A stretch of DNA of 64,000 nucleotides from an uncultured Verrucomicrobiae bacterium. Its GTDB lineage: Bacteria; Verrucomicrobiota; Verrucomicrobiia; Chthoniobacterales; UBA10450. Positions 56,654 through 64,000 of the stretch are shown here, piece by piece (position 1 is the stretch's first letter; every line of letters begins with the position of its first letter). The notes below the pieces were generated by a model. The model did not search any database. It saw only the letters and a list, made by a program, of their open reading frames with translations, and was not told the DNA's origin. Position numbers and translations under genes: made by a program. Location of the stretch: assembly GCA_963726745.1 (NCBI GenBank), contig CAVSDR010000003.1:768001-832000 (forward strand). The letters run 5' to 3'.

Positions 56654-58180
56654 GTGGAGACGATCTGGATATTAGGCGACCAGCTCTCGCCGGAGCATGC
56701 CGCGCTCGCGCGCGCCAGACCCACGGATGCGCGCGTGCTCATGGTGGAATCGAAGGCGCGCGGCTCGGCGCTGCGTTATCACAAGCTCAAGCTCGTGCTG
56801 GTTTACAGCGCGATGCGGCACTTCGCGGCGGAGCTGCGTGCGCAGGGCTGGACGGTGGATTATCAACCACTCGAGACGAACGCGACTTTTGCCGACGGGC
56901 TGCAGCGTCACCTGAAGAAATTTCGCCCAACCAAGTTGGTCCTGGCCGAGCCCAACTCGTTTGCCGAAACAGACGCGGTCACAAAACTGGCGGCGAAGTT
57001 TTGCATTCCACTTGAACTGCTGCCGACCACGCAGTTTCTCCTGCCGCGCGCGGATTTCCTCGACTGGGCCGGCGGTTCGAAGCGCCTCCTGATGGAGAAT
57101 CATTACCGACGAATGCGGAAACGCTTCGGCTGGCTGATGGACCAGAAGGGCGAGCCAGTTGGTGGTGCGTGGAATTTCGACGCAGAGAATCGCGCGACCT
57201 TCAACAGTTGGAAACGCGCGGACCGCCCGCGCCCGAAGAGCGCGCCGCAGGAAAAGCCGGATGAGGTCACCCGCGAGGTCATGGAAATGGTGACGCGTGA
57301 ATTTCCGGATCATCCGGGCAAGGTCGAGGAGTTTTGGCTGCCAGTGGATCGCGCGGGCGCGCGCCGTTGGCTGCGGCGGTTCATCCAGGAAGCGCTGCCT
57401 AACTTCGGCGCCTACGAAGATCTGATGGTGGCAGGCGAGCCGTTCCTTTTTCACTCCGTGCTTTCGCCGATGCTCAACCTCGGCCTGCTCACTCCGCGCG
57501 AGTGTATCGAGGCCGCGATCGTCGCCTACGAGAAGAAAGCTGCGCCGCTCAATTCGGTCGAAGGATTCGTTAGGCAGATCGCCGGCTGGCGGGAATTCAT
57601 CAACGGGGTCTACTGGCTGCGCGGACCGGACTACAAGAATTTGAACTCGTTAGGTGCCACGCGTCCGTTGCCGGTGTGGTTCAACAGCGGGGAGACGGAG
57701 ATGAATTGCCTCCACCAGGTCATCGGGCAAACCCGCACCCTCGGCTGGAATCATCACATCCAGCGGCTCATGATCCTGGGCAATTTTCTACTGCTGAGCG
57801 GAATCAATCCGCAAGAGGCGCTGCGCTGGTTCAACGAAATGTATATCGACGCCTACGACTGGGTGATGGCGGCGAATGTCATCGGCATGGCGCTGCACGC
57901 CGATGGCGGCTTCATGGCCACGAAGCCTTACGCCGCGAGCAGCACCTACATCAATCGCATGAGCGATTACTGCGCCGGTTGCCGCTTTCAGCCGGCGCTC
58001 AAAACCGGGCCCGACGCTTGCCCGTTCAATTATCTCTACTGGCACTTCATCGATGAGCACGCGGACCGCTTTGGGAAAAACCCGCGCATGAGCACAATCG
58101 TCGGTGGCTGGCTGCGGCGGACGGACGCGAGCAAGCAAGCGGTGCGCGATTCCGCGGGCGCTTTTTTGAAGCAGCTGTAA
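56654..58180 (+). CDS. FeS-cluster bacterial cryptochrome/(6-4) photolyase (FeS-BCP, PhrB/CryB-like)
   Basis: ILGDQL, HKLKL..SAMRHFA, MENHYRRMR, GG.WNFDAENR, EGFVRQIAGWREF, MNC, HHIQRLM, KPYAAS, SDYCAGC, ACPFN (four Cys ligands). Confidence 0.92.
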   Translation: METIWILGDQLSPEHAALARARPTDARVLMVESKARGSALRYHKLKLVLVYSAMRHFAAELRAQGWTVDYQPLETNATFADGLQRHLKKFRPTKLVLAEPNSFAETDAVTKLAAKFCIPLELLPTTQFLLPRADFLDWAGGSKRLLMENHYRRMRKRFGWLMDQKGEPVGGAWNFDAENRATFNSWKRADRPRPKSAPQEKPDEVTREVMEMVTREFPDHPGKVEEFWLPVDRAGARRWLRRFIQEALPNFGAYEDLMVAGEPFLFHSVLSPMLNLGLLTPRECIEAAIVAYEKKAAPLNSVEGFVRQIAGWREFINGVYWLRGPDYKNLNSLGATRPLPVWFNSGETEMNCLHQVIGQTRTLGWNHHIQRLMILGNFLLLSGINPQEALRWFNEMYIDAYDWVMAANVIGMALHADGGFMATKPYAASSTYINRMSDYCAGCRFQPALKTGPDACPFNYLYWHFIDEHADRFGKNPRMSTIVGGWLRRTDASKQAVRDSAGAFLKQL

Positions 58181-58270
58181 GCGCGCGGCCGGATGGCGCG
58201 AGTTGCCCGCAGCGACTGCCGACCTTAGCCTGCCCTCGCATCGCCGCTCAGCAGGCATGCACTCCACTCC

Positions 58271-58681
58271 ATGAAGGTCGAAATTTTTACGCTTTGCGAT
58301 GCCGCCACGGCCGATGCCGGCGGGAAACTAAACATCCTCGGCTCGTTCGATCGCCTGCATGCTGCCTCCGTGCCGGTGACCCATCCGCTCTGCGCCTTGG
58401 CAATGAAATTGCGCTTCGAGAAACTGGAGGAAGGACAGAAGCGGGTGCGCATTTCCTTCATGGATTCCGACGGCACGGCGGTGATGCCGACGCTCGACGC
58501 GGCCACGCAGGTTTCCTTCCCGCCGGAGGAACACAGCGTAACCGCCTGCCTGGTCCTGCAGATTCAACAACTCAAGCTGCCGAACTACGGAGAATATTCG
58601 ATCGATCTGGCGATCGACGGCCGGATCGAGGCGACCGTGCCACTGTTCGTTAGACCGGTGCCGGGCGCGCCGGCTGGTTAG
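58271..58681 (+). CDS. Conserved hypothetical protein (DUF6941-like)
   Basis: LCDAAT...GKLNILG.FD, G.YSIDL.IDG. Confidence 0.65.
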   Translation: MKVEIFTLCDAATADAGGKLNILGSFDRLHAASVPVTHPLCALAMKLRFEKLEEGQKRVRISFMDSDGTAVMPTLDAATQVSFPPEEHSVTACLVLQIQQLKLPNYGEYSIDLAIDGRIEATVPLFVRPVPGAPAG

Positions 58682-60441
58682 GTCTTCGGTTTCGCTTTCG
58701 TCGCGATCCAGGCGTCGACGTTGCGCTCGAGAAGATCGAGCGGAACCGCGCCGGAAAGCAGGACAACATCGTGAAACTCGCGCAGGTCGAACTTCTCGCC
58801 GAGCGCGCTCTGCGCACGCCCGCGCAGCTCCTTGATCTTCAGCTCGCCGATCTTGTAGGCCAGGGCCTGACCGGGCATGGAGATGTAGCGATCGATCTCG
58901 TTGACGATGTCCTGCTCGGTCTTGGCGGCGTTTTCCTTGAAGAAATCGATCGCCTGCTGCCGGCTCCAATGTTTCACGTGCATCCCGGTGTCGACCACCA
59001 GGCGCACCGCGCGCCACATCTCGTAGGTTAATTGCCCGAACTTCGAATACGGATCGTCATACAGGCCCATATCTTCGCCTAACGACTCCGCGTAGAGCCC
59101 CCAGCCCTCGGTGAACGCGGTGTAGCCGCCGAACCGGCGGAACTTTGGGATCTCGCCCAGCTCCTGCGCGAGTGCGATTTGCAGGTGATGCCCGGGCACG
59201 GCCTCGTGCAGGGAAAGCGCCATCATCTCCCACTTCGGCCGCGTCTCCGGCTTGTAGAGATTCACGTAGTAGCTCCCGGCGCGGGAGCCATCGGCCGCCG
59301 GGCCGTTGTAATAGGCGGTCGTGGTATCGGGCGCAGTTTTGTCCGGAATGGGCACGACGCCGTAAGGCGTGCGCGGCAAAGTCTTGAAGACCTTCACCAG
59401 GTTGGGATCGATCCGCTTGGCCAGGGCGCGGTAGCCTTGCAGGAGCTCGTCGGGCGTCTTGTAGAAGAACTGCTCGTCCGTCCGGAGCTTGGTGAAAAAC
59501 TCCTGCAGCGTCCCCTTGAACCCGACCTGGTCCATGATCGCCTGCATTTGCCCGCGGATGCGCGCGACCTCGCTCAATCCTTTCTGGTGAATCTCCTCGG
59601 GGGTCAGGTCGGTCGTGGTGTAGCGCCGGGCCAGCCAGGTATAAAGCGCGTCGCCCTGCGGCATCTGCCAGACGCCCACCTCGGGGAAGGCCGCCGGCAG
59701 ATACTCGCGATTGAAATACTCCTTCAGTTTCGCGAACGCCGGAACGATCCCGGTCTTGATCGCTTCCCGTGCGGCTTTCGTCAGGCGCTCGCGGTCGGCC
59801 GCGGAGATGTCGTTAGGCCATTTTTTGAAGGGCTTGAAAAACGGGGAGTCCTCCGGGTTCTCGACGATTTGTTTGTCGATCTGCGCCGGGACGCGCTCGA
59901 GCACGACCTTCGGCCACATGATCTTCGCCTTCACGCCCTCGCGCATCAGGGCGAGGTTTTGCTCCATCGATTGTGGGAATGTCTGGAGGCGCTTGAGCCA
60001 GTCCTCGTAGTCCTGCAACGTCTCGAAGCGCAGAAGCTCCGCGATCTCGTCGGCTGTCTGGATGCCGCCGCGCTGGTTGATCGGGAGGAGGAACATCCGG
60101 AAGGGATAACCGGCGATCTCGGTCTCGAGATTCTTCTGGAAGAGGTCGTAGTTCAGTTGGTCGGCCGGCGAGAGTTTGCTGCGGTCGAGCTTCTTCAATT
60201 CCTCGAGCGCAGCCTTCGTGTGCGCTTCCTGTTTCGCCTGCGCCTCCAGGCTGTCGTCGTCCCAGCGGTCGTTCCAACGGCGGTCGCCCAGGGTCGAGGC
60301 GCGGACCGGGTGTTGCTCCATGCGCCATTCCCACTCGCGGTCGAAAAACGCCTGCAAAGCTTTGCCGGCATCCTCCGGGGCCGCTTGGCCTAACGAGCGG
60401 AAAAGAGCAAGAGACAGCAGGATGAGCGCGGATTTTTTCAT
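58678..60441 (-). CDS. DUF885 family exported protein (metallopeptidase-like)
   Basis: Signal peptide; HEAVPGHHLQ, FTEGWGLYAE, RAVRLVVDTGMH, EIDRY..PGQALAYKIG. Confidence 0.9.
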   Translation of the reverse strand: MKKSALILLSLALFRSLGQAAPEDAGKALQAFFDREWEWRMEQHPVRASTLGDRRWNDRWDDDSLEAQAKQEAHTKAALEELKKLDRSKLSPADQLNYDLFQKNLETEIAGYPFRMFLLPINQRGGIQTADEIAELLRFETLQDYEDWLKRLQTFPQSMEQNLALMREGVKAKIMWPKVVLERVPAQIDKQIVENPEDSPFFKPFKKWPNDISAADRERLTKAAREAIKTGIVPAFAKLKEYFNREYLPAAFPEVGVWQMPQGDALYTWLARRYTTTDLTPEEIHQKGLSEVARIRGQMQAIMDQVGFKGTLQEFFTKLRTDEQFFYKTPDELLQGYRALAKRIDPNLVKVFKTLPRTPYGVVPIPDKTAPDTTTAYYNGPAADGSRAGSYYVNLYKPETRPKWEMMALSLHEAVPGHHLQIALAQELGEIPKFRRFGGYTAFTEGWGLYAESLGEDMGLYDDPYSKFGQLTYEMWRAVRLVVDTGMHVKHWSRQQAIDFFKENAAKTEQDIVNEIDRYISMPGQALAYKIGELKIKELRGRAQSALGEKFDLREFHDVVLLSGAVPLDLLERNVDAWIATKAKPKT

Positions 60442-60601
60442 GGAGCGGGTCCCCGAGAGCTAGCCGCCCGCACTGGGCGCGGTCAACAAATAGAAGTTGC
60501 CGGGAGGGGGAGCTTCCACGATTTATTTCCGCCGGTCCCGACAGGCCCCACGCCCGTCCCGCGCAGCGCGCGGCTCACCTCGCCGGCGCCAGAGCTTCCC
60601 T

Positions 60602-62404
60602 ATGAACGACGTCGAACTTCAGCGGCAAAAGGAAATGCAGCAGGCCGAGGAGCTGCTCTTCAGCGGCCACCAGGAGCTTGGTTTTGCCAAGGGCCTTTTC
60701 CTTGGACGCTTCGTGGCCGATTGGGCCATGCCCTACCCGCGGCTTTCCCCAGCGCAGCAAAAGGATCTCGATGCCGCGCTCGCGGAAGTGATCCCATTTT
60801 TAGACAGCGAATTGAGCGCCGAGGAAGTGGATCGCGCCGCGGACATCCCGCGGAGCGTAATCGACGGGCTGGGCCGCGTGGGCGTGCTCGGCATGACCGC
60901 TCCCAAAGCAGTCGGTGGCCGCGGCTTTTCGCAGATGCAGTATTGCAAAGTGCTGGAGGAAATCGGCCGGCGCGATGCCTCGACCGCGGTCTTTACGAAC
61001 GCGCACCACTCCATCGGCGTGCGCGGTTTGCTCCTTTTCGGCACCGAGGAACAGAAAGCCACCTGGCTCCCGCGTTTGATGGATGGGAAGCAGCTCGCTG
61101 CTTTTGCCCTGACGGAACGCGAAGCCGGCTCTGATGCGGCCAACGTGCAGATGACCGCGACGCCTACGGACGATGGCGCGGCCTACATTTTGAATGGCGA
61201 AAAGCGTTACATCACCAACGCCTCCATCGCGCAGGTGCTCACGGTCATGGCGCGCACGCCCGACCCGAAAAAGCCGGGTAAGACGAGCATCACCGCGTTC
61301 CTGGTCACGCCGGACATGGAAGGCTTTGAGATGCTCGAGCCGCGCATGCCGAAGCTCGGGATTCGCGGGACCGCGACGGGACGCTTCGCCTGCAAGAACG
61401 TGCGCGTGCCGAAGGAAAACATCCTCGGCCCGGTGGGCAAAGGCCTGCGCGTCGCGCTCACCGTGCTCGACTTCGGGCGCACCACTTTTGGCGCTTGCTG
61501 CACCGGCGCGGCCAAGACCTGCCTCGATCTCGCGGTGAAACACGCGAACACGCGCCGGCAGTTCAACAAAACGCTGGGCGACTTCGAGCTGGTGAAAAAG
61601 AAAATCGGACGCATGGCGGCCGACATCTACGCGATGGAAGCGATGACCCAGGTGACCGCGTCGCTGATCGATCGCGGCCTCGAGGACTACATGATCGAGA
61701 CCGCGATGCTGAAGGTCTTCACCACCGAGCGGCTCTGGGAAGCGGTCAACGACTCCTTCCAGATCCAGGGAGGCGCGGCTTACTTCGACGATAACCCGAT
61801 GGGCCGGATGCTGCGCGACGCGCGCATTAACCAGATCGGCGAAGGCTCAAACGAAGTGCTCACCTCCTTCATCGCGCTCGTCGGCATGCGCGGGCCGGGC
61901 ATGGAGTTCAAGGAACTCTACGACACCATGCTCAAGCCGTGGCGGCAGGACGGGGTGAAGTCGGCCTTCGACGCGGGGATGAAACGCCTCAACGCGGCGG
62001 TCAAGGTGCCGCAGGTGCCGGTGCAAAACGCGAGCCTCAAAAATTTAGCCAGCCAGCTCGGCCGGCTCGTCTGGCGCTTCAATCTCACGGTCAACCGCGC
62101 GCTCATCCAATACCGCGAGCCGATTCTCGACATGCAACTGATCCAGGAACGCATCGCGGTTTGTGCGACCGAGATGTTCGCCAGCGCCTGCACCTTGAGC
62201 CGGCTGGACGCGGAATTAACCAGCCACTTGAACGGCGCCTCCGCGCCGGCGAATCGCCAGGCGGGCGAGCTTTTCCTCCGCCAGTCGTTCGCCCGTATTC
62301 GGCGCGCGCTCGCGGAGTTTGGCGAAAACGAAGACCGCCGTTTACTCGCGACCGCCGATGCCGTCCTCGGCAAGACTCCGGTCTCGGGCAAAAACGGCGC
62401 CTAG
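60602..62404 (+). CDS. Acyl-CoA dehydrogenase (VLCAD/ACAD9-like long form)
   Basis: Start revised to MNDVEL; AFALTE..AGSDA, LNGEKRYITN, KLGIRG, R.QF, RDARINQIGEGSNEV. Confidence 0.9.
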   Translation: MNDVELQRQKEMQQAEELLFSGHQELGFAKGLFLGRFVADWAMPYPRLSPAQQKDLDAALAEVIPFLDSELSAEEVDRAADIPRSVIDGLGRVGVLGMTAPKAVGGRGFSQMQYCKVLEEIGRRDASTAVFTNAHHSIGVRGLLLFGTEEQKATWLPRLMDGKQLAAFALTEREAGSDAANVQMTATPTDDGAAYILNGEKRYITNASIAQVLTVMARTPDPKKPGKTSITAFLVTPDMEGFEMLEPRMPKLGIRGTATGRFACKNVRVPKENILGPVGKGLRVALTVLDFGRTTFGACCTGAAKTCLDLAVKHANTRRQFNKTLGDFELVKKKIGRMAADIYAMEAMTQVTASLIDRGLEDYMIETAMLKVFTTERLWEAVNDSFQIQGGAAYFDDNPMGRMLRDARINQIGEGSNEVLTSFIALVGMRGPGMEFKELYDTMLKPWRQDGVKSAFDAGMKRLNAAVKVPQVPVQNASLKNLASQLGRLVWRFNLTVNRALIQYREPILDMQLIQERIAVCATEMFASACTLSRLDAELTSHLNGASAPANRQAGELFLRQSFARIRRALAEFGENEDRRLLATADAVLGKTPVSGKNGA

Positions 62405-62820
62405 GTTCGGCGAAAGATGCGCAGCAGTTGGTGCGCACGCGACGGGTCGGAAGCGAATTCGAAGACGGAGAAATCCGCCTCGAGAAACGAGGAAAAGCCC
62501 GGGAGCTCGCGCACCGGCGCGTCGTCGAGGGCGTTGAAACCCATCGACCACTCGGCGAAATCGCGCTCGGCCGAGTCGCCTTCGAGCAGCTTGGTCGCCT
62601 CGCGATGGCGCGGATCCGCCGCGATCCTTTCGTAGGTCGCGAGCACCGCCTCCTTCGGTCCTTCGAGCAGCTGCATGAACCGGCGCTTCCGATAAAGCAG
62701 CATTCCGGTAATGCCATCTCGCTGGTTATTTCGGCGGCTGGTCTCGAGAATGTCGACCAGGTCCTTCTCGGAGAGGTCGCCATTGGCGAGGCTTAGGTAG
62801 ATCAGAAAATGCACGGGCAC
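62401..62820 (-). CDS. Stand-alone BLUF blue-light sensor protein (GTG start 62820 or 62814)
   Basis: LIYLS, ILETSRRNN..GITGMLL, FMQLLEG, IAADPRH, R.FAEWSMGF (conserved Tyr, Gln, Trp, Met). Confidence 0.9.
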   Translation of the reverse strand: MPVHFLIYLSLANGDLSEKDLVDILETSRRNNQRDGITGMLLYRKRRFMQLLEGPKEAVLATYERIAADPRHREATKLLEGDSAERDFAEWSMGFNALDDAPVRELPGFSSFLEADFSVFEFASDPSRAHQLLRIFRRT

Positions 62821-62872
62821 CGCCCTATTTCGCAGCGCAGCACGTCCGCAGTTGCATGCTAGTTTCACGAAA

Positions 62873-63574
62873 ATGAGCCGCGCATTGGGAATCATCGGGG
62901 GCACCGGTCCGGAATCGACCGTGGAATATTATCGCCGCCTCATTGCGGCCTACCGCGCGCGAACGGTCGATGGCAGCGCGCCCGCGCTGGTGATCAACAG
63001 CGTCGACAACAAGCGCTTGATCGACTGGTTTACCCGCGGGGAAATGGAGCAGGCGACCGCTTATCTCGCGGTGGAATTGGAACGCCTGGCCGCGGCCGGG
63101 GTCGACTTTGCCATCATCTCGGCAAACACTCCGCATCTCGTCTTCGACGAGCTGCAACGGCGGGTCGCGTTGCCGCTGCTCAGCATCGTGGAAGCAACCG
63201 CGGATACGGCGAAACGCAGCGGCCTTCGGCGCTTTGCGCTCTTTGGCACCCGCTTCACCATGCAAGCGGCGCTTTTCCCGGAAGCCTTTGCGCTCCGCGG
63301 ACTCGAGATCGTGTCGCCTAACGAGTCCGAGCGGGAGTTCATCCACGGGAAATACATGGGCGAACTCTTCGTTGGGCAGGTTCTCGACCAGACGCGCGCG
63401 GCGCTGCTCGAGATCGTGGAGACGATGAAAGCGCGCGACGGCGTCGAGGCGCTGATTCTCGGCGGGACGGAGTTGTCGCTGCTTTTCCGCGAGCCGGTTG
63501 CCGCGGGCTTGCCGGTGCTCGACACCACGCAGATCCACGTCGAGGCGGCGATCGAGCGGCTACTGCGGCCCTGA
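62873..63574 (+). CDS. Aspartate/glutamate racemase-family protein lacking both catalytic cysteines
   Basis: GIIGGTGPEST..YY, ANTPH, GTRFTM, ILGGTEL, DTTQIH. Confidence 0.85.
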   Translation: MSRALGIIGGTGPESTVEYYRRLIAAYRARTVDGSAPALVINSVDNKRLIDWFTRGEMEQATAYLAVELERLAAAGVDFAIISANTPHLVFDELQRRVALPLLSIVEATADTAKRSGLRRFALFGTRFTMQAALFPEAFALRGLEIVSPNESEREFIHGKYMGELFVGQVLDQTRAALLEIVETMKARDGVEALILGGTELSLLFREPVAAGLPVLDTTQIHVEAAIERLLRP

Positions 63575-64000
63575 TTCCTCGATATCCTGCAAGCGCGGCC
63601 CGAAGCGCGCGCCGATCCGGTTAGCCGAGGTAAAGAGGAGCACGTAGAAGACGACCAAGGCGAGGCCGAGGATCGCGGCCGTGGTCCAGTGATGCGCCCG
63701 CATGCGCACCAGCGGCGGCATGAACGCGAGCCAGCCAAAGACGCTCAGGATCACGACGACCGCGTCAAAACTCCCGCGCTGCCAATAGCCGCCGCCCAGG
63801 TGAAACCACATCCCAAATTCATCGAAGGTAAGCGCCATCCCGAACCCGTAGAGCAGCGCGCAGGCTTTGCGCAGCCGGTCGGAAGGCGCAGGCACAAAGA
63901 CCAGCAGCGCCCCCACCGCCGCGAGGAGAAAAATCCCGTAGTTCAGGTGATGCACATGCGTCCCGCGGCTGTGCAGGAAGAGGCTCGGGATTTGCCGCGT
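63560..64000 (-). CDS. Conserved membrane protein (5' end outside window)
   Basis: HHLNYGIFLL, YGFGMALTFDEFGMW, YWQRGSFDAVV; several TM segments. Confidence 0.7.
   Translation of the reverse strand, partial: TRQIPSLFLHSRGTHVHHLNYGIFLLAAVGALLVFVPAPSDRLRKACALLYGFGMALTFDEFGMWFHLGGGYWQRGSFDAVVVILSVFGWLAFMPPLVRMRAHHWTTAAILGLALVVFYVLLFTSANRIGARFGPRLQDIEESGPQ

Larger units (their letters stand above)
91..63324. repeat. Dispersed iterated short motif CTAACGA/TCGTTAG (at least 50 copies)
   Basis: Manual count: 26 CTAACGA and 24 TCGTTAG on the + strand; positions listed in findings. Confidence 0.85.

Noticed and set aside
8335..60393. Long alternative-frame and antisense ORFs (e.g. 8335-9654, 22548-24221, 32281-33558, 41080-42453, 42290-43666, 59179-60393)
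   Set aside because: Arg/Ala/Pro-rich shadow ORFs expected at high GC, overlapping well-supported genes and lacking motifs.
1..64000. CRISPR arrays, IS elements, prophage genes, rRNA
   Set aside because: No regularly spaced repeats, transposase, integrase, phage structural genes or rRNA-like sequence recognised.

Overview
GC-rich (visually about two-thirds GC), gene-dense bacterial chromosomal segment. PEP-CTERM and VPDSG-CTERM-like tags, a C-terminal dockerin-like tag and waaA suggest a Gram-negative Verrucomicrobiota, probably Spartobacteria/Chthoniobacterales (inference). In order: secreted/surface proteins, DsbA-VKOR, an AddAB-like helicase-nuclease pair, then a ~20 kb envelope-lipid locus (13.9-33.6 kb). 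That locus holds a serine-palmitoyltransferase-like oxoamine synthase, a bacterial ceramide-synthase-like GNAT, two CDP-alcohol phosphotransferases, two nucleotidyltransferases (one fused to an ATP-grasp domain), HAD, class III aminotransferase, Gfo/Idh/MocA dehydrogenase, radical SAM, SDR, flippase and a two-TolC ABC exporter; I interpret it as a candidate (amino)cyclitol-phosphosphingolipid pathway. After it come YqcI/YcgG plus DUF1989, glycosyl enzymes, tRNA-Glu(UUC), waaA-rsmD-asmA, assorted genes, and a light/UV neighbourhood (class II CPD photolyase, FeS-type (6-4) photolyase/cryptochrome, BLUF) containing a diverged tandem duplication and two 53-aa genes missed by the ORF track. Across the whole window the heptamer CTAACGA/TCGTTAG (often G[CG]CTAACGA) occurs at least 50 times by manual count, on both strands and in several reading frames, like a DNA-uptake-sequence or HIP1-type iterated motif. 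At least 11 genes, including normally essential waaA, show small frameshifts that are most likely sequencing/assembly indels. All family calls come from motif recognition by eye; no searches were run.
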